Of a DNA stretch of 64,000 bases, positions 36,465 through 47,729 are shown one piece after another (the stretch's first letter is position 1; each line of letters starts with the position of its first letter). Location of the stretch: contig CM120643.1 in assembly GCA_051362555.1 (NCBI GenBank), positions 13,676,644 through 13,740,643 on the forward strand, written 5' to 3'. The notes under the pieces are model-generated. The model was not told where the DNA came from, ran no database searches, and worked only from the letters and a program-made list of their open reading frames with translations. Position numbers and translations under genes: made by a program. The stretch comes from Lingula anatina. Its lineage: Eukaryota; Animalia; Brachiopoda.

Positions 36465-38003
36465 AGTGAGCGCGTTGTGAAAGAAATTGCTGTATTGCCA
36501 GACTTATGCCTTCCATTGAGAGTGTGCTGCTTTAAGTATACACCCTGCTGAGGGGAGCACCGACGTTAAGGAGCTATGTGGTGTTGTGTGCTTCCCGTTG
36601 ATTCTAAAAGTGTGTCATTAAGGAGCTTTGTGATTGGCTGATTGTCAAGCCATTGTCCGGTGTCTTATGTCTTGACTATTCAAGAATGTATGCACAGAAT
36701 CCCCCGACAAGTGTAAATTTTGGTTTTAGTGGTTGTTTGTCAGGTTTTCTTGGTTATTACTATTGTTCCCTAGTGAGTAATAGGAACGTAGTTGTCTCGC
36801 CTACGTGGTATGTGATTATCATTATCATATGTCCGTGTATTATGGTACATAGATCATTTTGTTCCTTGTGATCCGTAGGTTAAGGCGTGTTCCGATAAAG
36901 CAGAAAAAACCCCGTCACGCCAGTACCCAAAACACTAGCTACAAAGTAACCAGTGTTAAGGGACGGTTCCCGGTTCGGACAGTCCCACATTGCGGCCGGC
37001 CCCAGGGCCAAATAGCTTAAGTGTTGGGGGTGGTGGGCTCATGACCTAGTTAGATTCCACTTTACCAGAATAACACGATTCAGAGCTGGGCCTCTGAGGA
37101 CGTGTATTTTTACAGCGCCCCTTGCAGAGTAGACAGCGGCTCTTAGAGTGTGTTAGGCTTTTCGCCTTTATTATGAGAACCACTTGTCTTTGATAGGAAG
37201 GTAGGTGTCTCGCCTGCCTGGTATGAGATACATAGTCATTTATATATGTAGGGTGCCCTGAAAAGGACATTCCGTGCTGAGTAGAGAGCGACTCTTAGAG
37301 TGTGTTAGGCTTCTCGCCTTTATTATAGGGAAAGAACGTCTTTATAAGAGAGTAGGTGTCTCGCAGCACGGAATGTCCTTTTCAGGGCACCCTACATATA
37401 TAAATGACTATGTATCTCATACCAGGCAGGCGAGACACCTACCTTCCTATCAAAGACAAGTGGTTCTCATAATAAAGGCGAAAAGCCTAACACACTCTAA
37501 GAGCCGCTGTCTACTCTGCAAGGGGCGCTGTAAAAATACACGTCCTCAGAGGCCCAGCTCTGAATCGTGTTATTCTGGTAAAGTGGAATCTAACTAGGTC
37601 ATGAGCCCACCACCCCCAACACTTAAGCTATTTGGCCCTGGGGCCGGCCGCAATGTGGGACTGTCCGAACCGGGAACCGTCCCTTAACACTGGTTACTTT
37701 GTAGCTAGTGTTTTGGGTACTGGCGTGACGGGGTTTTTTCTGCTTTATCGGAACACGCCTTAACCTACGGATCACAAGGAACAAAATGATCTATGTACCA
37801 TAATACACGGACATATGATAATGATAATCACATACCACGTAGGCGAGACAACTACGTTCCTATTACTCACTAGGGAACAATAGTAATAACCAAGAAAACC
37901 TGACAAACAACCACTAAAACCAAAATTTACACTTGTCGGGGGATTCTGTGCATACATTCTTGAATAGTCAAGACATAAGACACCGGACAATGGCTTGACA
38001 ATC

Positions 38004-38112
38004 AGCCAATCACAAAGCTCCTTAATGACACACTTTTAGAATCAACGGGAAGCACACAACACCACATAGCTCCTTAACGTCGGTGCTCCCCTCAGCAGGG
38101 TGTATACTTAAA
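38004..38112 (+). promoter_or_regulatory. Candidate Pol II promoter of the element ORF (CCAAT box plus TATA-like motif)
   Basis: AGCCAATCA at 38004-38012, AGCTCCTTAA twice, TATACTTAAA at 38103-38112, about 70 nt before the ATG at 38179; motif match only. Confidence 0.4.
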
Positions 38113-38178
38113 GCAGCACACTCTCAATGGAAGGCATAAGTCTGGCAATACAGCAATTTCTTTCACAACGCGCTCACT

Positions 38179-38808
38179 ATGTATCATCAAACAAGTATCA
38201 GAGGAAAACGATCTCCTAGGGAATGGAAAAAACCTAGAAATATGGAATCAAAAAACTGGCATAGCACTGCACCACCCAGGGGGAGAATCCCCAAGAGACC
38301 GGCGCCAATTACAGCCGGCCCCCCAGGAGTCAACGGCAACCCCTACCACGACGAAGTCGTCAGAGCAAAAGCTTACCTGAAAGGCTGCTCTGACTGGGCA
38401 GACCACATGCTCACACAACTCAGCAACAACGCCCACCATGTCAGATGCCGTGTAGACTTCAGGGGGTGCCCTGATGACGACATCCTTCTGGCAGCAATGA
38501 TCAACATACAAGACAAGGCCGCAACAGAGCTTAAATCCGCGATCGAGGCCCACACGCAAGCTTTCGTAGACAAAGCTAAGGAAAGCTTAGCAAAGGCAGA
38601 AGAGAGGGAATCCAGGGCGGAAGAGCACTTCAACATCCACGGCGTGTACACGCCAGGAAACCAACCCTCTACTTCAACGACCACAAACAACCAGATCATG
38701 GAGCAAATGAGACTCCTCATTCTCGCCATGAAGGACAAGAAGAAGAGCCGCGTGCTAGCCAGCAAAGTGAAACGAAGACTAACCTCAGCCAAGAAAACTA
38801 CACTGTAA
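38179..38808 (+). CDS. 209-aa element-encoded protein, copy 8
   Basis: Translation identical to copy 1. Confidence 0.7.
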   Translation: MYHQTSIRGKRSPREWKKPRNMESKNWHSTAPPRGRIPKRPAPITAGPPGVNGNPYHDEVVRAKAYLKGCSDWADHMLTQLSNNAHHVRCRVDFRGCPDDDILLAAMINIQDKAATELKSAIEAHTQAFVDKAKESLAKAEERESRAEEHFNIHGVYTPGNQPSTSTTTNNQIMEQMRLLILAMKDKKKSRVLASKVKRRLTSAKKTTL

Positions 38809-40751
38809 AATAGAAGCCACTGCTTCTACGTCCTCGGAAAAAAACGGCCCTTTTCAGGGCCACCCATTTCTACCAGGAAAAGCTAAACCTGAATGTTCAA
38901 ATAGAGCGCAATAATGCAAATAAAAGGCGAGATGCCTTCCCCACACTTATTAATAATCAATAAAGAAAAGAAAAGTCATTCTGGAGATAAAGCAAAATGC
39001 CATAATCTCATTTAGACCAAATTTTAAACACTTACAGGGCACAATCGACTTATAAGACACAAACATCGCAAATAAAAGGCGAGATGATATCTCAGTTTAT
39101 TTATAAGCAACAAGGAGAAAGCCTTCCAAAATTAAAAGAGGTGCCCGAAACCTATACAGACCATCCTAGCAAATGAAAATTCAGTGTTAACACGCAAATG
39201 CACAGCATAAGAATACTAATAAATTTGATCCGAGGTTAAAATACCTTGCCAAAAATGAAACCAAATAAACTACATCTAAACAGATAGGATCAAGATACAC
39301 CACGAGAACAGCCAATCAAAACTCATAACTGAAACAACCAATCAGATCGCGGCCTCGATCTCGATTTGACACAATTTCAACAAATCCTCAGTCGACCTCC
39401 GACTCTTGAGCCATTCACACGCTCGATTCATACCGTCCACTTTGACACAAGCGAGACACTTGTGATCAAGCATGATACTATAAAGCCGAGATGGCTCGTA
39501 TCATTCACAATGGCGAGACACCATTGATGAAAATCACTAAACAAAGCATGATACTTAAAAGCCGAGATGGCCCGTATCATTCACAATGGCGAGACACCAT
39601 TGATGAAAACTTACTAAACAAAGGCGAGACACCTTTGCTTACCAGCCCCTACGTCCCTAAATTTTTCCTTTTTTTTATTAATCGGACTCTGCAGCTGATG
39701 AAGGTCACTTGTTGACCGAAAAGCGCTTTCTGCAACCAGTCCACCCTCCCCCTTCCCTCGACAGGCGAGACGCCTCTATTGTGCCAATCACGAAATGCCC
39801 TTTTCAGGGCCCCCAGTGTAGATCGGTATCTATAAATCTCATACGAAGTAGGCGAGACACCTACTCTCTTATAAAGACGTTCTTTCCCTATAATAAAGGC
39901 GAGAAGCCTAACACACTCTAAGAGTCGCTCTCTACTCAGCACGGAATGTCCTTTTCAGGGCACCCTACATATATAAATGACTATGTATCTCATACCAGGC
40001 AGGCGAGACACCTACCTTCCTATCAAAGACAAGTGGTTCTCATAATAAAGGCGAAAAGCCTAACACACTCTAAGAGCCGCTGTCTACTCTGCAAGGGGCG
40101 CTGTAAAAATACACGTCCTCAGAGGCCCAGCTCTGAATCGTGTTATTCTGGTAAAGTGGAATCTAACTAGGTCATGAGCCCACCACCCCCAACACTTAAG
40201 CTATTTGGCCCTGGGGCCGGCCGCAATGTGGGACTGTCCGAACCGGGAACCGTCCCTTAACACTGGTTACTTTGTAGCTAGTGTTTTGGGTACTGGCGTG
40301 ACGGGGTTTTTTCTGCTTTATCGGAACACGCCTTAACCTACGGATCACAAGGAACAAAATGATCTATGTACCATAATACACGGACATATGATAATGATAA
40401 TCACATACCACGTAGGCGAGACAACTACGTTCCTATTACTCACTAGGGAACAATAGTAATAACCAAGAAAACCTGACAAACAACCACTAAAACCAAAATT
40501 TACACTTGTCGGGGGATTCTGTGCATACATTCTTGAATAGTCAAGACATAAGACACCGGACAATGGCTTGACAATCAGCCAATCACAAAGCTCCTTAATG
40601 ACACACTTTTAGAATCAACGGGAAGCACACAACACCACATAGCTCCTTAACGTCGGTGCTCCCCTCAGCAGGGTGTATACTTAAAGCAGCACACTCTCAA
40701 TGGAAGGCATAAGTCTGGCAATACAGCAATTTCTTTCACAACGCGCTCACT

Positions 40752-41381
40752 ATGTATCATCAAACAAGTATCAGAGGAAAACGATCTCCTAGGGAATGGA
40801 AAAAACCTAGAAATATGGAATCAAAAAACTGGCATAGCACTGCACCACCCAGGGGGAGAATCCCCAAGAGACCGGCGCCAATTACAGCCGGCCCCCCAGG
40901 AGTCAACGGCAACCCCTACCACGACGAAGTCGTCAGAGCAAAAGCTTACCTGAAAGGCTGCTCTGACTGGGCAGACCACATGCTCACACAACTCAGCAAC
41001 AACGCCCACCATGTCAGATGCCGTGTAGACTTCAGGGGGTGCCCTGATGACGACATCCTTCTGGCAGCAATGATCAACATACAAGACAAGGCCGCAACAG
41101 AGCTTAAATCCGCGATCGAGGCCCACACGCAAGCTTTCGTAGACAAAGCTAAGGAAAGCTTAGCAAAGGCAGAAGAGAGGGAATCCAGGGCGGAAGAGCA
41201 CTTCAACATCCACGGCGTGTACACGCCAGGAAACCAACCCTCTACTTCAACGACCACAAACAACCAGATCATGGAGCAAATGAGACTCCTCATTCTCGCC
41301 ATGAAGGACAAGAAGAAGAGCCGCGTGCTAGCCAGCAAAGTGAAACGAAGACTAACCTCAGCCAAGAAAACTACACTGTAA
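40752..41381 (+). CDS. 209-aa element-encoded protein, copy 9
   Basis: Translation identical to copy 1. Confidence 0.7.
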   Translation: MYHQTSIRGKRSPREWKKPRNMESKNWHSTAPPRGRIPKRPAPITAGPPGVNGNPYHDEVVRAKAYLKGCSDWADHMLTQLSNNAHHVRCRVDFRGCPDDDILLAAMINIQDKAATELKSAIEAHTQAFVDKAKESLAKAEERESRAEEHFNIHGVYTPGNQPSTSTTTNNQIMEQMRLLILAMKDKKKSRVLASKVKRRLTSAKKTTL

Positions 41382-44300
41382 AATAGAAGCCACTGCTTCT
41401 ACGTCCTCGGAAAAAAACGGCCCTTTTCAGGGCCACCCATTTCTACCAGGAAAAGCTAAACCTGAATGTTCAAATAGAGCGCAATAATGCAAATAAAAGG
41501 CGAGATGCCTTCCCCACACTTATTAATAATCAATAAAGAAAAGAAAAGTCATTCTGGAGATAAAGCAAAATGCCATAATCTCATTTAGACCAAATTTTAA
41601 ACACTTACAGGGCACAATCGACTTATAAGACACAAACATCGCAAATAAAAGGCGAGATGATATCTCAGTTTATTTATAAGCAACAAGGAGAAAGCCTTCC
41701 AAAATTAAAAGAGGTGCCCGAAACCTATACAGACCATCCTAGCAAATGAAAATTCAGTGTTAACACGCAAATGCACAGCATAAGAATACTAATAAATTTG
41801 ATCCGAGGTTAAAATACCTTGCCAAAAATGAAACCAAATAAACTACATCTAAACAGATAGGATCAAGATACACCACGAGAACAGCCAATCAAAACTCATA
41901 ACTGAAACAACCAATCAGATCGCGGCCTCGATCTCGATTTGACACAATTTCAACAAATCCTCAGTCGACCTCCGACTCTTGAGCCATTCACACGCTCGAT
42001 TCATACCGTCCACTTTGACACAAGCGAGACACTTGTGATCAAGCATGATACTATAAAGCCGAGATGGCTCGTATCATTCACAATGGCGAGACACCATTGA
42101 TGAAAATCACTAAACAAAGCATGATACTTAAAAGCCGAGATGGCCCGTATCATTCACAATGGCGAGACACCATTGATGAAAACTTACTAAACAAAGGCGA
42201 GACACCTTTGCTTACCAGCCCCTACGTCCCTAAATTTTTCCTTTTTTTTATTAATCGGACTCTGCAGCTGATGAAGGTCACTTGTTGACCGAAAAGCGCT
42301 TTCTGCAACCAGTCCACCCTCCCCCTTCCCTCGACAGGCGAGACGCCTCTATTGTGCCAATCACGAAATGCCCTTTTCAGGGCCCCCAGTGTAGATCGGT
42401 ATCTATAAATCTCATACGAAGTAGGCGAGACACCTACTCTCTTATAAAGACGTTCTTTCCCTATAATAAAGGCGAGAAGCCTAACACACTCTAAGAGTCG
42501 CTCTCTACTCAGCACGGAATGTCCTTTTCAGGGCACCCTACATATATAAATGACTATGTATCTCATACCAGGCAGGCGAGACACCTACCTTCCTATCAAA
42601 GACAAGTGGTTCTCATAATAAAGGCGAAAAGCCTAACACACTCTAAGAGCCGCTGTCTACTCTGCAAGGGGCGCTGTAAAAATACACGTCCTCAGAGGCC
42701 CAGCTCTGAATCGTGTTATTCTGGTAAAGTGGAATCTAACTAGGTCATGAGCCCACCACCCCCAACACATTTCACACGCTCGATTCATACCGTCCACTTT
42801 GACACAAGCGAGACACTTGTGATCAAGCATGATACTATAAAGCCGAGATGGCTCGTATCATTCACAATGGCGAGACACCATTGATGAAAATCACTAAACA
42901 AAGCATGATACTTAAAAGCCGAGATGGCCCGTATCATTCACAATGGCGAGACACCATTGATGAAAACTTACTAAACAAAGGCGAGACACCTTTGCTTACC
43001 AGCCCCTACGTCCCTAAATTTTTCCTTTTTTTTATTAATCGGACTCTGCAGCTGATGAAGGTCACTTGTTGACCGAAAAGCGCTTTCTGCAACCAGTCCA
43101 CCCTCCCCCTTCCCTCGACAGGCGAGACGCCTCTATTGTGCCAATCACGAAATGCCCTTTTCAGGGCCCCCAGTGTAGATCGGTATCTATAAATCTCATA
43201 CGAAGTAGGCGAGACACCTACTCTCTTATAAAGACGTTCTTTCCCTATAATAAAGGCGAGAAGCCTAACACACTCTAAGAGTCGCTCTCTACTCAGCACG
43301 GAATGTCCTTTTCAGGGCACCCTACATATATAAATGACTATGTATCTCATACCAGGCAGGCGAGACACCTACCTTCCTATCAAAGACAAGTGGTTCTCAT
43401 AATAAAGGCGAAAAGCCTAACACACTCTAAGAGCCGCTGTCTACTCTGCAAGGGGCGCTGTAAAAATACACGTCCTCAGAGGCCCAGCTCTGAATCGTGT
43501 TATTCTGGTAAAGTGGAATCTAACTAGGTCATGAGCCCACCACCCCCAACACAATGTTCAGCTGCTGTTTCATAGGAAAATTTTGCTCCCGGGACATCAT
43601 CCTCGGTCAATCTTACGAAGGAAACCGTTGGTGTCCCTTCCTTCGCCATTGAAATTCACCGTGCAGACTGCTGTTCTTGTCCGACTTCCGCGTTCAGCAG
43701 TGAACTCATTAATATGCATGAGATAGTAGTGACGCAATAGGTTGCTTCTCGCTATTACTGTGTCTCTGGCTGTGCAGAAACGGCATGTCGAACATATTTT
43801 GCTACAGTTACAAACAGGGCAAACTAGCGACTTGTTCTAGATCGCTCTAGTAAGAAAGCATAAGTGCGGCGCCCGGGCAAAACAATCAACTACCCGGTAT
43901 AACATTCATATCTTAGCGTTTACATATGACGCGCAAAGAGCTAAGTACATATGACGCGCAATGAGCTAAGCAATTAGCCTTAACAAAGTGGTCCGTTTTA
44001 AAACAACAACGAGAAAAAAGAACGCCTTGTCATAGTTATGAGACAAATCGCTTGCAACGTGCAACAAGGGGGATGGCTGACACTGTGGTCACACTACATG
44101 TTTATGTACGTTGAATTAACAGTCTTAGACATCGCCCAAAGAGGCAGGACTTACTATAGCCCTCAATCTATTGTTAAACGCGATCATTATCTGTTCTCAT
44201 GCAACCTTAAACAAAACCTAAGCAATAAGATTGTTAAATCAGATAAGTGATGTAAAATCATATAGGAAATTTACGTTAACGACGGAGACTTTCATTCGCA

Positions 44301-45108
44301 AAGTTAATGAAACAAGACTGGTCCAAGTTAACTGCCCATATTGAATAAATCTTAGGCTGATAAACCTATAGCCCTGCTTTACTTTGGTAATAGTTAATTA
44401 GTAAGCTAGGTTTATTCACATCACTTATGCTGCAAACAACCCATTTTGAACGCAATCGTCATCGCTCCAGAACAACCTGAAATCATGCCTATACAATATT
44501 AGGAGATGCACGTCGAGTAAAAGATTCAACACCTGGGTGCCCAGCACTATTATGAAAAGGAAAAATGACTTGATGTTTCATGCACAATCATCATCGAAAG
44601 CCTAATATCATTATGCTTCGTGCGCAGTCGATTTTTATCAGAATAAAAAGTGTGTTTTATACAAGCAAAATCTAACTTTCCTTTATAACTGTTACTGAAC
44701 AGCGAAGAGTTACATACACCCGGTTATAATTTACAAATGTAATTATGAGGCTAATTTCTCTAATGTGGAATGAAATATTTTGTTGGCTTTCAAATGATAG
44801 GACACTCACTTTAATCTTAAAAGAAATTAGTTTATATGCTCGTTCCCCTAACGCGCGTGCAAAAAAGTCCCATCAAATAAACAGATACATATCTGTCTAT
44901 ACTGGCAACTAGTGAAAATCTATCTGTGGCCCTGATAATGGGTAGACTTCACAGCGATTATTAAATCAAAATTTATTTATGAAATTATTTAAAATAATTT
45001 ATCTTTTATTTAATGATTTATACCATCTAATTTCTATCTATCTTTTTTATTTGATTCTTAATGTCATCTTATTATTTACTTTATTCTTTAAATAATTTAT
45101 TTATTTAT

Positions 45109-45276
45109 CAAGCCCGTAGCCAGCAATTTCAAAGGGGGGGGGATCCTTTTCTGACAAAGTGGACCTTTTACCGGAAAATCTCCATGTAATTATGTCAAAT
45201 TTTACCCAGAGTGGACTTTTTTTCAGCAAAAGGGGGGTCTTTCGAACCTCCCGAACTCCCCCTGGCTGCGGGCCTG
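45109..45276. mobile_element. Short GC-rich MITE inserted in a (TTTA)n tract
   Basis: Imperfect TIRs caagcccgtagccag / ctggctgcgggcctg, internal G and C runs, TTTA repeats on both sides. Confidence 0.7.
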
Positions 45277-45277
45277 T

Positions 45278-45308
<31 letters not shown>

Positions 45309-47729
45309 TTAAGACTTTCTATTATTATCCTTTGACGGATTCGCTCTCTTATTTTATATAAAATGTAACTTAATGTAGTAATTGAGGCAACACGTCAGCT
45401 TGTAATGTGAAAAAATTGTTTTAATAATGTTTCTTTCTTTGTTATTTCTAAACAGTTATCTATTTTTACACAGGAAGCGATGATGGAAATTTGTGTACGG
45501 AGCATCTTTAAACTTTTTGAGACGGGGTGATTTGTTGATCATGCTGATGTACGTTGCTGATACATGTATATCAAATTCAATTTTTGACCACAGAACACTT
45601 CATATTGAATAAAATAACTGATACTAAATTAAACTAGCAGTTTTCTTGCAACAATTAATTAATACATGATCTGCTGCGCGTGCCAAGCTAGTGAACAAAA
45701 GGATAGGTGGCCACGGGAGTGGCACGCGTTAGCATGGGTTCTAGCATCTTAAAGCTATAATCTTATCGCCGCAACAAACAATAGGCACCTTCTGGCTGAT
45801 GTATCCTGCTGTTAATTACACCTGGTCACAGCGGATTGTCCCGCTCGCGCTGGACCACAGAAACAGGCGTCATGGGGTTCACTCGCCTAAGGTATTGTGT
45901 GTTATTACGTCTAAACTATTGTGTTTTGGCGTTCGAATTTTGAAGGGATTAGACGGCTCTTCATTGTTTGTCCGCCCCCTTCTATTCATAGGATAGGGAT
46001 TAAAACGTTTCTGACGTTTTTAAAACGTCGTACAACGGAAACTTAATTTTTATTACTACTGTATCTCCACTTTCTTAACGGTCTATTTATCAACGTGTGT
46101 AATACTTTCACTCCCAGGTATTAAATACTAGTACCCTTACTTACCCATTTGTTGAGCAGCGTGCCGCAAAACTGGTTTGAAGCTGAAATCCCTCGATCTC
46201 TATTTAAACGGGTGGCACCGCCCTTGTTTCGCCATAGACAGAGAAATAAAAAATTAAACGTCGGTCATTATTTTCATTTTTCTAATGTATTATAAATTAA
46301 ATAGCCTCCAATGTGCACTCACTCTTAATGAAACCCACGGGATATATAGACATGACTTGTGAAGCATGCAATAGAGCTGCTGCTAATGGAAATGTAAAAA
46401 ATTACATTTAATATTCTGTGAAAGCTAAAGGCGCAAATCAATGCATTAATGGCTAAAGTTTTTTTCCACTTTAACCTTCTGCATACTGGTTACAGTAATC
46501 GAAAAGAAAATGCCAACCCTCTCTTTTCCCATGTTTGGTCTTTTCAAAGCAGAATGATAGCACAGAATGCTATATAAATCAATAAGCACATTTTAGACCC
46601 TGCCTCAAGGACTGGCACGTGGCTAATTGATTTCTCTTAAAATTACAAGTTGCTATGTCAAATTCAGAATCTTCAGTATTGGGGCTTTGCAGGATTATTA
46701 TTTTTATCAAAACATCTCGATCACAGCTGGATAAATAATATAGAGAACAGATGTAAAAAGCTGAATAGTAGTTAGCAATATAAATTTTACTACTTTGTTT
46801 CTTTTCTGTTACAAGTTAAAAATTTGTATTGAAAGGTATTGATATGGACTTAACAAACCCCTCTTCCTAGAGCAGTTTCTCGAAACAGTAATGAACAAAG
46901 CAGCGATATATCATTCTGATGGCTAATGTTAAAACTGGAGTACGGATGGGGTCTCAGTTGATAGATTAATTATAGAGAAGCATTAGCACTGTGACAAATT
47001 GGTGGCATTTTCCCCCCTCTATTCATCATTTAAAAAATTTTTCACATATCTTTTGTGCATTTGCAACATCTGGCCCAGCACGCCAGGCATTATTCATTCA
47101 CATTAGGTCTGTGGTAGCAAGGCATTTTTTTTATTCCGAACATTATGTGTTTGGTAGCAAGGCATTACGCATTCCGAACATTATGTGTTTGGAAGCACGG
47201 CTTTCGAATGACCCCCTGTACATGTGTACACGGTACTAATGTCTTTGACTTTACCAAACAAACCTTTCAATTGTGTGGGATTAGAATTAAGTTGATTAGG
47301 AATTACTAGCACATATCTATAGGAAAACATCCTTTGAGGTAATCACGTAAAGGTTGAAAATGAAAATAGTCATGTGGCAAACACTTAAATTCTTAAATTG
47401 CGAACACTAATATCTGATAACATATCACATATCATGAGCCTACGAAGAATCAATACAATACGCAGTTGAGTGAATTTGATCTGTTCTCAAAAACACTTAA
47501 AAATTGCCTGAAATTGACACAAACTTAGTTTTAGGAAAACCGCGCCTCTGATATTCCAAACATATGGTTGAGTTACGATTTTATTCATAAATCCAGCCCC
47601 ATGCCAGTTTCCCTCTGAGAAATACTTTACACATTGTATCCTGAACATGACATGTAAACATGCCGGCATCTATACAAATCATACATACAGTATAGTTAGA
47701 ATAAAGCACACTGCACATCTACCGTAAGC

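Larger units (their letters stand above)
17811..43552. mobile_element. 25.7-kb tandem/inverted array of a 2,573-bp hammerhead-containing non-autonomous Penelope-like/retrozyme-like element
   Basis: Minus-sense pieces 17811-18277, 18278-20850, 20851-23423, 23424-25996, 25997-28569, 28570-29709, 29716-30200, 31875-34447, 34448-37020, 37021-37364; plus-sense pieces 30201-31869, 37364-37622, 37623-40195, 40196-42768, 42769-43552. The repeat structure is certain; the Penelope-like class is inferred from the ribozyme type, fixed 3' end, 5' truncations and inversions. Confidence 0.85.

Noticed and set aside
37640-37690. GGCCGGC start suggesting an HDV-like ribozyme
   Set aside because: No downstream P1 partner or nested double pseudoknot could be built by eye
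38471-38500. Second CTGATGA inside the ORF as another hammerhead
   Set aside because: No stem II followed by GAAA
39440-39640. Repeated GGCGAGACACC motifs as a CRISPR-like array
   Set aside because: Eukaryotic locus, irregular spacing, duplicated rather than unique spacers, and no cas genes
17836-43527. Many short repeated ORFs in the array (70, 72, 74, 97, 103 and 139 aa)
   Set aside because: Several lack ATG starts, and they overlap the structured RNA regions or run antisense to the 209-aa ORF; their recurrence only reflects unit duplication
17811-43552. Array as rDNA/5S/histone gene repeat, plasmid contamination or a TIR DNA transposon
   Set aside because: No rRNA, histone or vector sequence recognised; the apparent TIRs are just outward-facing unit ends with no transposase or TSD. 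The exact copy number could still be mis-assembled
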